64,000 nucleotides of DNA, from IMG/VR virus record IMGVR_UViG_3300046513_000348, positions 62,001 to 126,000 of that record; one strand, written 5' to 3'. The position numbers and the translations under genes are program-made. Every line of letters starts with the position of its first letter. Positions within the stretch are counted from its first letter, which is position 1. The notes beneath the pieces were generated by a model. That model was given only the letters and a program-made list of their open reading frames with translations, ran no database searches and was not told the origin of the DNA. Shown here in pieces: positions 56,154 to 64,000 of this stretch.

Positions 56154-57734
56154 TTACTTGGCCTTTTTCTTACCCGCTTTGTTCAAGCGGAGATTGGAGT
56201 AGTAACCACAGTAAGCCCCGACGTCATCATTACTTTGGATAACGGTGAAGTAGCGGAAGACACCCGGCGATTCTTCCCACGACAGCATCGTGACTTTCGG
56301 CACCGATTCTTCAACACGCTTCAGGCCATTGCGATCGGGAAGATCGATGCCGAAGGTGAGAATCGTTGGGAGGACGTGCTCGACGCCATTCGAATCGCGG
56401 AAATTAGCGTCAACAGAGATCGAAGCTACCCCAGGCTTGATCGACGCTAAAAGCTTCGCTACGTGTACGTCCTGCTTCTTCTTCTGGATCACGGACGCTT
56501 CATATAAATGAGGCGTAAGATCGGTAATCGTGAAGCGTTTTGCTTCGTCTTTACCATCCAGGAAGTCGTTCATCCACATGGCAACGTTGTTCATTGCCAT
56601 GACCGCTTCAAGGGCCTTCTTGGGCGGTTCGATGACTTCGGTGACGATCTGTTTATCAGCCGATACCATGCTGTTGCTGTGGCTCACGGGCTGGTAGACC
56701 GAGAAGGTTCCGTATTCCGTGAACTGCTTGAAGACCATCGGCTTGAAGAAGGTGCTCAGGTGAGCGACCACCATCTCGTTTGCTTGTTCGCCGTTCTCGC
56801 AGTGGAACTCGATCAGCTTCTCGATGGACTCGATTGGCTGTGCAAGTTTCAGCACGGAGTACGACGTATCGGACAGGCGCTTGCCGAACAGGCCCAGGTC
56901 CTTGTCTACTGCACCCATGTAGTAGGTGCCGGGAACGTGATTCGAATGATCACCGTTGAAGAACAGCTTCTGATGGACCATGAGCGGATGCTTGTCCACT
57001 TCGCCCATCTTCCAATAGCCAGTTGCTTCCGAACGCTTGATGATGGGTTCTTTCATGCCAGCAACGGTCATGTTCTTGCCCAGGTTCGCGTTCATGTCGG
57101 CCATGACGTTACCCATGAAGATCGAATGACCCTTCAGCCACGAAGCGTGGATGTTAAAGTCTTTCATCTCGTTCTTCAGACGCCAGGCACGTTTCCACAG
57201 CTCGACGTTCTTGATGGTCTGGCCATCGCGACGGCACCAGTTGTTCTTTGCCCACAGCGGCAGCACTTTGTTCCAGCCATCGAGCGTGTATTCGCTATCC
57301 GCATAGATTTGGATTGTGCGAATGTTTTCACGCTGGCAGTATTCCAGCGCCATGATGAGAGCGCAGAGCTCGGCCACGTTGTTGGTGGTACGCAGGCCAG
57401 GTTCGTCGATTGGTGCAGGACCGAAGCCGTCCAGATAGAACAGCGGAGTTACTTCCTGGGCTTCCATGAAACGATCGAGAATGCTGATCGTCTCTTCGTT
57501 CATGTAACGCTCGTCCAGGCTTTCGTAAGGGTTCCCACCCTTACGATGAGCGTCCAGCATCGTCTTCTCGACGTAGCCTTCATTGGTTACGTAGTAGTCG
57601 GCGTTGCCGCTACCTTTCTTGGGCGCCTCCAGCGAATACGCATAGCCGTGGAATCCCCAACCACCGTCACCGGGATTAGGAACGCACGAACCATCCGTAT
57701 GCAGGATGATCGCATCGATTTTTTGTTCACTCAT
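56154..57734 (-). CDS. rnhA: Ribonuclease HI with a long C-terminal extension (phiKZ gp155-like)
   Basis: HTDGSC.PNPG.GGWG, TNNVAEL, DSEY, KNVELW, WLKGH, GNVMAD. Confidence 0.92.
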   Translation of the reverse strand: MSEQKIDAIILHTDGSCVPNPGDGGWGFHGYAYSLEAPKKGSGNADYYVTNEGYVEKTMLDAHRKGGNPYESLDERYMNEETISILDRFMEAQEVTPLFYLDGFGPAPIDEPGLRTTNNVAELCALIMALEYCQRENIRTIQIYADSEYTLDGWNKVLPLWAKNNWCRRDGQTIKNVELWKRAWRLKNEMKDFNIHASWLKGHSIFMGNVMADMNANLGKNMTVAGMKEPIIKRSEATGYWKMGEVDKHPLMVHQKLFFNGDHSNHVPGTYYMGAVDKDLGLFGKRLSDTSYSVLKLAQPIESIEKLIEFHCENGEQANEMVVAHLSTFFKPMVFKQFTEYGTFSVYQPVSHSNSMVSADKQIVTEVIEPPKKALEAVMAMNNVAMWMNDFLDGKDEAKRFTITDLTPHLYEASVIQKKKQDVHVAKLLASIKPGVASISVDANFRDSNGVEHVLPTILTFGIDLPDRNGLKRVEESVPKVTMLSWEESPGVFRYFTVIQSNDDVGAYCGYYSNLRLNKAGKKKAK

Positions 57735-57789
57735 TTTGAAGTCCGTTGTAATAGGCCATTGACAATGAATAGGTGTCAGGCCTAAGTTT

Positions 57790-58107
57790 TTATCGACAGT
57801 CTTCTACGAGACGTCGTGTTTTCAGAATAACACCTTCAACCACATCGATGTGTTTCTCGAGATCGTCGATATGCTTCTTGATGCGCTTGTCCATTTCTGC
57901 TTCGCTAAGATCCTTCAGTTCTTCCGCCTTCAGTTTCGGACGGTTAGGATATCGAGGCATGTTTTCTTTAGTGCACATGTCAATGACATACGCATGGTTC
58001 TTCTTAACAATGATATATTGTTCTATTTCCTTGGGCTCTTCTTTTCGTGGAACGTACATGCACGAGGTCAAAAGGAGCAGGACGATGAAAACGATTAGTT
58101 TCTTCAT
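57790..58107 (-). CDS. Outer-membrane lipoprotein, putative o-spanin
   Basis: MKKLIVFIVLLLLTS|C lipobox, C..E.MP.YP..P, C-terminal coiled coil ending in Cys. Confidence 0.75.
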   Translation of the reverse strand: MKKLIVFIVLLLLTSCMYVPRKEEPKEIEQYIIVKKNHAYVIDMCTKENMPRYPNRPKLKAEELKDLSEAEMDKRIKKHIDDLEKHIDVVEGVILKTRRLVEDCR

Positions 58108-58166
58108 TACGAGGTATCCAGCAAAAGCGAATGTAAGGGGAAGGCCACGATTAGCCTCCCCCTTCG

Positions 58167-58634
58167 TCATTCTTCGTATTTACTAAAGAAGTCCATGTAG
58201 GCCTTCTTTCTGTCGTTCTTGTCTTCCGGAATCTTTTCAGGGACGGCAGGAAGCTTCTTTGGACGGTGCCTCTTCTGAGGCTTTTTAGTTTCTGGGACTT
58301 CTGGAGCAGGTGGGTCCGCTTTAGGCGGCTCTGGGCGCTTGACCTCCACCGGAGGATCGGGCTTCTTCACTGCTGCTTCGAGTTCCTTAATTCTCTTCTC
58401 CAGTCGTTGCACATTAACTGCATCGACGGACTTCTCTAGTTTGATGTGTTCTTGTGACAGTTGGTAAAATCTTGGGATGATCAGGAAGAGCGAAAAGATC
58501 AATCCAGAGACAAAGAAGAGCAAGAACACCTTCTTCTTCTGAGTCCTCATCCCCTCTTTCAGAGATAACCCGCCTAAGACCAGTTCTTTAAGGAAAGGCC
58601 AAACGAGCCGAAAGATGTACATTGCTGCAGACAT
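58167..58634 (-). CDS. Inner-membrane protein, putative i-spanin
   Basis: KKK plus TM (VFLLFFVSGLIFSLFLII), coiled coil, Pro-rich tail; directly upstream of the lipoprotein gene. Confidence 0.65.
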   Translation of the reverse strand: MSAAMYIFRLVWPFLKELVLGGLSLKEGMRTQKKKVFLLFFVSGLIFSLFLIIPRFYQLSQEHIKLEKSVDAVNVQRLEKRIKELEAAVKKPDPPVEVKRPEPPKADPPAPEVPETKKPQKRHRPKKLPAVPEKIPEDKNDRKKAYMDFFSKYEE

Positions 58635-58745
58635 GCAGAGGACCTCTTATCAATTTTATGACGGTTCTGTGTTCCTCATGTATTTTACCACCAAGTGGTG
58701 GGAAAAATAAAACTTTTTTAACAGATTTATTTTACCAGGCGTGCC

Positions 58746-60047
58746 ATGGACATTATCAAAGGCTTTGCTCTGAATCGCAATTTCATCAATAACACCCCAG
58801 GTGTTGTTGCTGATATTGGCGAGTTGTCGACTAAGGGCTTCACGTTCGTCAAGGAACCCCGCGTTTATTCCTCGCAAACATATCCCACAATATCACTGGT
58901 GCACTTCCCTTCGCCGGGTAGTGGTGTGGGCACGTCCGCTTCGATTCCGGATGCCCAGAAAGACCATATCCTGAAGGTCATCAACAAGATTTACGAGAAG
59001 TCGGCCAGTGCAACCATCGTGTTCGCTCCGGGCGCTTTCATCGAATACCTGTTGGCTCAGATGGGTAATGAAGTCGCCGACATCACCGTCGGAGGCGTCG
59101 TTGCCAATGGCAACTACTCGATCATCGAATGGATCCAATGGCGTAACACGGCAGGTAGCGCCGGTAACGTCAACAAGATCTGGTTCTCGAATGCGGCATT
59201 CGAAGGCCAGTTCGACGAATACGAAATCACGGTCATTCCGCCGTTCCTGCCCCCGAATCAGTTCTTCGGCCAGCCTGCTGAAGTCAAGTATCTCCTGGGC
59301 AACCTGAGCTACTCGCAGGAAGTGGAAAAGATTCAGGACGCCCGCGGCAAATCGTCCGAGACCATCCTCTGGGGTAATACGTACAACTACGTGAACCCAG
59401 TGAATCAGAATGACAAGACGCCTGCGAAGTTCACCTGCCTGATCTACGGTATGGCAGGCAACAACATCGACCTGATCAAGGACGCGATCGTTCAGTACCT
59501 GCTGGCGAACTCGACCTACACTCGTGACCAGTGGAAGAACATCCTGCCGGATCTTTTTCTGCGGACTGAATTCCTGATCTTCCCGCAGTGGGAACGTATG
59601 GCGATCGAGAATGTGGTCGGCAGCAACAACGGCATCTTCTCGCCGGTCGTTGACCTGACCGCGATCATGAACAAGCTGGTGGTCGAATCGGTCGAATACG
59701 ACGAGACTCACGTCCGCACCAACGGCCAGGCATTTACCTTCCCGTACATGTCGGTTGCCGCTACCTCGATCGGTCACATCGAAAACCGCGATGGCAAGAA
59801 GAAAATCACGGATTGGTATCCGGACTACTTCTTCGTGAACAATACGAACGCCGACTTCAACCGCATGTCGCTCACCACTCAGGAATGGGTACTGATGATC
59901 ATGGAAATGTTGAAGATCGCCCGCGACCTGACCACGAGCTCCACGATCCCGCAGGGTTACTCCCGCGTTAAACGTGGCACCCGCCTCTTCCTGGCCAAGA
60001 GCCACAAGAGCGTCCAATACCTCGTGGCAGCGCCTGGTACCTACTAA
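58746..60047 (+). CDS. Virion structural protein (phiKZ-like)
   Basis: 433 aa; IKGF, GELS, KIWFS...F..QFDEYEI, W..ILPDLF.RTEF. Confidence 0.7.
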   Translation: MDIIKGFALNRNFINNTPGVVADIGELSTKGFTFVKEPRVYSSQTYPTISLVHFPSPGSGVGTSASIPDAQKDHILKVINKIYEKSASATIVFAPGAFIEYLLAQMGNEVADITVGGVVANGNYSIIEWIQWRNTAGSAGNVNKIWFSNAAFEGQFDEYEITVIPPFLPPNQFFGQPAEVKYLLGNLSYSQEVEKIQDARGKSSETILWGNTYNYVNPVNQNDKTPAKFTCLIYGMAGNNIDLIKDAIVQYLLANSTYTRDQWKNILPDLFLRTEFLIFPQWERMAIENVVGSNNGIFSPVVDLTAIMNKLVVESVEYDETHVRTNGQAFTFPYMSVAATSIGHIENRDGKKKITDWYPDYFFVNNTNADFNRMSLTTQEWVLMIMEMLKIARDLTTSSTIPQGYSRVKRGTRLFLAKSHKSVQYLVAAPGTY

Positions 60048-60685
60048 TGGCGAACGAACTCTTGCCATCGATTGGCATGTCGGGGCAATGGAAACTCAAA
60101 GCCCCGTTTGACACCAAGATCGTTGCGAACCTCACCTACACTTGTAAAGAAGTCCGCAAGCTGGGTGCGATGATTGCAGCGGGTGTCGATGCCTTCGAAG
60201 AATTCTACGTTCCAAACGAAATCACTCGTGACGTGTACGACCAACACGTCGCTAGCGATATCTCGGTCATCACTCTGTCCTCTTCGTCTGGCAACTGGAT
60301 TAATGTCCCGACGCCTTACCTGGATGGCTGGCCCAATGCTAACGTAATCCCTTACGTTGTCGTTGGTCTGATCGCTGATATCGGTGCATTACCCAACACG
60401 ATTGATCCGACATTCCTTGCCGAGAAGGTGAAGAACACGATCATGAGTTCCCTGGGTCATGAACCCCAGATCACTTTCGTTGCTCTGTCGGAAGTCACCA
60501 ACATGCCTTTCGATGAGCACGAAGCTCTGGAGAATCTCCGTATGTCGAACATCGAGGACGACAACACGGATTACTCCCGCCGTATCAAAGCCGAAGCTGA
60601 CCTGGCAAAAGCGCGCGCAGAAATTGCCGCACTCCAGCAGTTCATCATCGACTCGGGTGTACCAATTCCAGTTGTGACCGGATAA
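60047..60685 (+). CDS. Conserved phiKZ-like hypothetical/virion protein
   Basis: 212 aa, TAATG overlap, C-terminal coiled coil. Confidence 0.75.
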   Translation: MANELLPSIGMSGQWKLKAPFDTKIVANLTYTCKEVRKLGAMIAAGVDAFEEFYVPNEITRDVYDQHVASDISVITLSSSSGNWINVPTPYLDGWPNANVIPYVVVGLIADIGALPNTIDPTFLAEKVKNTIMSSLGHEPQITFVALSEVTNMPFDEHEALENLRMSNIEDDNTDYSRRIKAEADLAKARAEIAALQQFIIDSGVPIPVVTG

Positions 60686-60691
60686 ACAAAA

Positions 60692-60731
60692 GACATACCT
60701 ATCCTGCCCTCGCGGGCAGGATAGGATTATG
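60692..60731. terminator. Bidirectional hairpin, family 2, TATG on both sides
   Basis: cctatcctgccc-tcgc-gggcaggatagg. Confidence 0.85.
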
Positions 60732-60736
60732 TTCGT

Positions 60737-61513
60737 TTAGTACAGAGTCGAGATTGGAGTAAAGTCAGAAACAGCCAAGCACTTGTTATACAAGCGAATT
60801 CGATCCATATTACCGTTGATGCCAGAATAGCCAGGGCCGCCATTTCGAGCATCGTAATAATTACCGATGTACAGGTTCGAACCGAAGCCGATTGCCGAGT
60901 TATAAATCTCAGTCGATGTTCCAACAAGCTTACCTCCCAAGAAGAGGTAGACCTTGCCGTCCTTACGGCCAACGGCATGATGCTGCCATAAACCATTCGC
61001 AGCACGCATGGTTGCCTTGACGAGTGTCCTGGACGAAGTGCCGCCGTCAGTAACGTTCAAGATCGGATAGAGATCCGACAGGCCCCAGAAACTCATACCG
61101 CCTGCGGCAGTAAAGGCACCGTAAGAAAGGAAGACGTTATTGCCGCCGGTGAATGTATAGTTGCCCTGACCGTTGCAGAACGCCCAGGTTTCGAACCAGA
61201 AGTCCCCAGGGAAATTCAGTTCGGCGGATCGTGGCGTATACAGACTACCACAAGCTGACGAAGGCTGTTGCGACTGAAGGAAGCTCTGCGTACCGTTGAT
61301 TTTTCGTGCAGTCGACAAACTAACGTCAGCAGCCTGGATCGTTCCGTAGGTACGTGCCGTATTAACGGAGTCCTTCCAGGAGGCTCCTTCAAAGTCCATC
61401 GCCAGGACAGCTCCGCTGTCGCCGTACGAAAAGCCCTTCTTTTTCAAAAGGTTAGATTCAAGCATAGAGTATTGCTCCTTAGATTTCATAGGATTTCGCG
61501 TAAATACGGACAT
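60737..61513 (-). CDS. LamG/concanavalin A-like lectin-fold protein
   Basis: VLAMDFEG, GDFWFETW, WQHHAVGR, YLFLGG, GNMDRIRLY. Confidence 0.8.
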   Translation of the reverse strand: MSVFTRNPMKSKEQYSMLESNLLKKKGFSYGDSGAVLAMDFEGASWKDSVNTARTYGTIQAADVSLSTARKINGTQSFLQSQQPSSACGSLYTPRSAELNFPGDFWFETWAFCNGQGNYTFTGGNNVFLSYGAFTAAGGMSFWGLSDLYPILNVTDGGTSSRTLVKATMRAANGLWQHHAVGRKDGKVYLFLGGKLVGTSTEIYNSAIGFGSNLYIGNYYDARNGGPGYSGINGNMDRIRLYNKCLAVSDFTPISTLY

Positions 61514-61542
61514 AACCATCCTACCCTTTCGGGTAGGATGGA
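61509..61542 (-). terminator. Hairpin, family 2 (GAAA loop on minus), with TATG
   Basis: ccatcctaccc-tttc-gggtaggatgg after the sbcC stop codon. Confidence 0.8.
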
Positions 61543-61548
61543 AACGTG

Positions 61549-64000
61549 TCAGTTTAACGTGACGTGTTCATTGAACACCGTATTCGATGGCAGCATCAGA
61601 TTGTCAGTACTGAGCACGCAGGTTTGTGCCAGACTACTCAATGCGCCGTGGTTCGATTCGTAGTGGGAGACCATGAAGATCTGACCATACGCATCTTCGT
61701 CGATCAGCTTCTTGATGAAGTAAATCGCACGTTCACGGTGCACGTCGTCGAATGCTGCTTCGAACTCGTCAAGGAACAACGGAATATGCCCCAAACCCAG
61801 TTGCCTCAAAGCACAGATCCGAAACGCGAAGTTGAAAATGTCGACGATCGATTCCGATCCCTCGTTCACATCCTTCTTCGGTTTCTCGCCCTTGTTCATC
61901 GCAAACGGGAACTTGTAATCCATATCCGCTTGGCCATCCTCCATGATGAACGGAAGGATTTCCAACGGGTATGACCAGACCGATCCGACCACTCGGTTCA
62001 TACGTGAAACGAAGACGTTTACGAAGCGATGAAGACCTTCCGCAATCGCCCCACTCGTCGGCGATAATGCAATGTGTGCCATCTTCGCCACTCGTTCGTT
62101 CATGATTGCTTCGTCCAGCTGATACTGGATCTCGTCCACGATCTGCTGCTGGCTGGTCAGTTGCGCTAATGCATCTTCCTTCCGTGCCAGTTGAGTTTGA
62201 AGGGAAAGGATCAGTTGCCACAAGGCCTCCTGGAAACGGCTATACACATAGCCCTTGATGTGATCTTGGTGAACGCCATGTGCACTGAGCATCTTTTCGT
62301 GCAGTGCTGCAACACGATTGCTCTGTTGGATCAGGTTCTCGACGTCGGCCAGTTCTTCCGTCAGGCCTTTCAGCTTACGAGTCTGAACGCCCATCTTCTC
62401 TTCGATACCAGACATTTCGGTTTCGATGGATTCGAGAGTATCAGCGTCGAGATTCTTTTTGAGCTCGATCTGTTCTTGCGCAGATTCCAAGATCTTCTTC
62501 TGCTTGGCGATCTCGACTTGATGCTCGATGTCGCTTTGCATAGTGTAAAGCTCGGCTGCCACACTGCCCGGATATTGTATCAGGCGATTGTTCTGCGTGA
62601 TCTCGTTAAAGTAAGCACGAAGGTTCGGAGCGGAACGCATCATGTTGATGACGTTGCGATAGGCGTCAGCATACTCGGTGTATTCCGCCATGTACTTCGA
62701 CTCATCGCTGATCCGCTGGACCAGATTGTCCGAATCTTCCTTCAACTGAGCCAATACCGTTTCGGCTTTCTTGATATCGTCTTCCGACGCTTTCGTGGTC
62801 CAGGAATGCGAGCATTGCGGGCAAGTGATCGAATCTTTCTGGACGTGATCGCGACGATGCTCGATATCGGCATTTAAACGCGATATGCGGGCCTGTAGGG
62901 CCGTGTACTGGCCCGAATGCTGAGTGAGTCGAGCCTGAGCCATCTCGGCCTTCTCGCGCGTATAAACACCGTCGTTGGAAGGCAGGCTAGAAATCTTGTC
63001 GTAGAGCTCGTGATAGATTTCTTTCAGCGTAGCCGCCATCTGGACCGCGTCGAACTCGATCCGGACATTAGGAAGAGCAATGAAGGTCTCTTCATAAGCG
63101 ATGGTTTCCTTAGCCGTGGTTACCTTGGCTTGGAGTTCAGCCAGAGATTCTGTACCGGCCTTCACCAGCATGTCATACTTCTTCTTGACACGGGAGTGCT
63201 CGGTGTACAGGTGCTGCTGCATTTGTTGTGCAGCAGCGATCTCGATCTTGATCACATCACGGCAGTCGAGCAGATCCTGATGGTTATCATGACCCGACGA
63301 AGTAATCAGTTCGGTATTGAGCCGATCGATCTCGTTACCGTAACGATCCAGGTCATGCCAGTTCGATTCCAACACTTGCAATACTTCCGGACCTTTCTTG
63401 GCCTCAGCATTGCGCATGTCGTAGATCTCACCAATCAGGGCCTTGATATCGTAGACTTCGTTGTTCAGGGTCTTGATGACGTTTGCATCTGCCAGCTTGA
63501 TGCGTTCATCCACCAGACGCTTCTGCAAGCGCTTGATTGCGCCCTGTGCGTCACGGTGTGCTTCCTGGAGCTTCTTGTAGATACTCATGGCGTAGGTGAA
63601 GTCGGTATCGGCCAGTCGAACCAGCCAGTAACGACGACGACCAGGACTCATGGTGGTCAGGAGTTCTTTGCCCAATGCCAGAGCACGGATTTCATTGGTG
63701 ATGTGGAAATGCTCTTCGACCAGAGCACGGTACATCTCGATCTTACCGTCACCATTCATCTCCACGCCATCGCACATAAAGCTATGATGAGGCTTCGGCC
63801 CTTCAAATGACGACGACAGTTCGTAGAACTTGCCGTTGTATTGGATGTCGATTTCTTTGCGACCATTGATACCAAAGTCATCTTTATCGGCAGGCAGTGG
63901 CCACATCTCGTTCATGAGGGAGCTCTTACCGCTACCGTTCGTTCCCAGAACCATCTGGAGAATGTACAGCAAATCGGGCGTGTACAGGAAGCGTTTGATT
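61549..64000 (-). CDS. sbcC: SbcC/Rad50 SMC-like ATPase (phiKZ gp165-like); 5' end lies beyond the window end
   Basis: Walker A GTNGSGKSS, long coiled coils, zinc hook CPQC, Walker B LFLDEF, H-loop MVSH; frame open to the window edge. Confidence 0.9.
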   Translation of the reverse strand, partial: IKRFLYTPDLLYILQMVLGTNGSGKSSLMNEMWPLPADKDDFGINGRKEIDIQYNGKFYELSSSFEGPKPHHSFMCDGVEMNGDGKIEMYRALVEEHFHITNEIRALALGKELLTTMSPGRRRYWLVRLADTDFTYAMSIYKKLQEAHRDAQGAIKRLQKRLVDERIKLADANVIKTLNNEVYDIKALIGEIYDMRNAEAKKGPEVLQVLESNWHDLDRYGNEIDRLNTELITSSGHDNHQDLLDCRDVIKIEIAAAQQMQQHLYTEHSRVKKKYDMLVKAGTESLAELQAKVTTAKETIAYEETFIALPNVRIEFDAVQMAATLKEIYHELYDKISSLPSNDGVYTREKAEMAQARLTQHSGQYTALQARISRLNADIEHRRDHVQKDSITCPQCSHSWTTKASEDDIKKAETVLAQLKEDSDNLVQRISDESKYMAEYTEYADAYRNVINMMRSAPNLRAYFNEITQNNRLIQYPGSVAAELYTMQSDIEHQVEIAKQKKILESAQEQIELKKNLDADTLESIETEMSGIEEKMGVQTRKLKGLTEELADVENLIQQSNRVAALHEKMLSAHGVHQDHIKGYVYSRFQEALWQLILSLQTQLARKEDALAQLTSQQQIVDEIQYQLDEAIMNERVAKMAHIALSPTSGAIAEGLHRFVNVFVSRMNRVVGSVWSYPLEILPFIMEDGQADMDYKFPFAMNKGEKPKKDVNEGSESIVDIFNFAFRICALRQLGLGHIPLFLDEFEAAFDDVHRERAIYFIKKLIDEDAYGQIFMVSHYESNHGALSSLAQTCVLSTDNLMLPSNTVFNEHVTLN

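Noticed and set aside
8086-61542. Hairpin families as a CRISPR array or IS ends
   Set aside because: They are dispersed, with no regular spacers, no cas or transposase gene and no target-site duplications
1-64000. tRNA genes, alternative genetic code, or assignment to a named phage
   Set aside because: No cloverleaf was seen; core genes are full length under the standard code; species identity needs a database search

Overview
A 64-kb segment of a phiKZ-like (Chimalliviridae, nucleus-forming) jumbo myophage with roughly even GC. The host is not determinable; a GC-rich proteobacterium is a guess from codon usage. Core genes recognised from motifs and synteny: the polymerase half of a split family-B DNA polymerase (runs off the left edge), PhuZ tubulin, terminase large subunit, tail sheath and tube, prohead protease, split virion RNA polymerase subunits, a 2080-aa tape-measure/tail lysin with a GH19 domain, UvsX/RecA, RNase H, a spanin pair and SbcC/Rad50 (runs off the right edge). 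Accessory genes include a GIY-YIG homing endonuclease, two LamG lectin-fold genes, a Zn-peptidase, a full-length Bcs1-like membrane AAA ATPase, a GNAT, an ART-like and a NADAR-like protein, and a SLOG protein. The most notable non-coding signals are (i) two sequence families of hairpins that usually carry TATG at their foot and bracket accessory genes like cassettes, (ii) a conserved early-promoter motif, and (iii) a hairpin-packed AT-rich divergent intergenic region at 13.0-13.4 kb. phiKZ gp-number equivalences come from recalled motifs and gene order, not from searches. No tRNA, rRNA, CRISPR array, intron or intein was seen.
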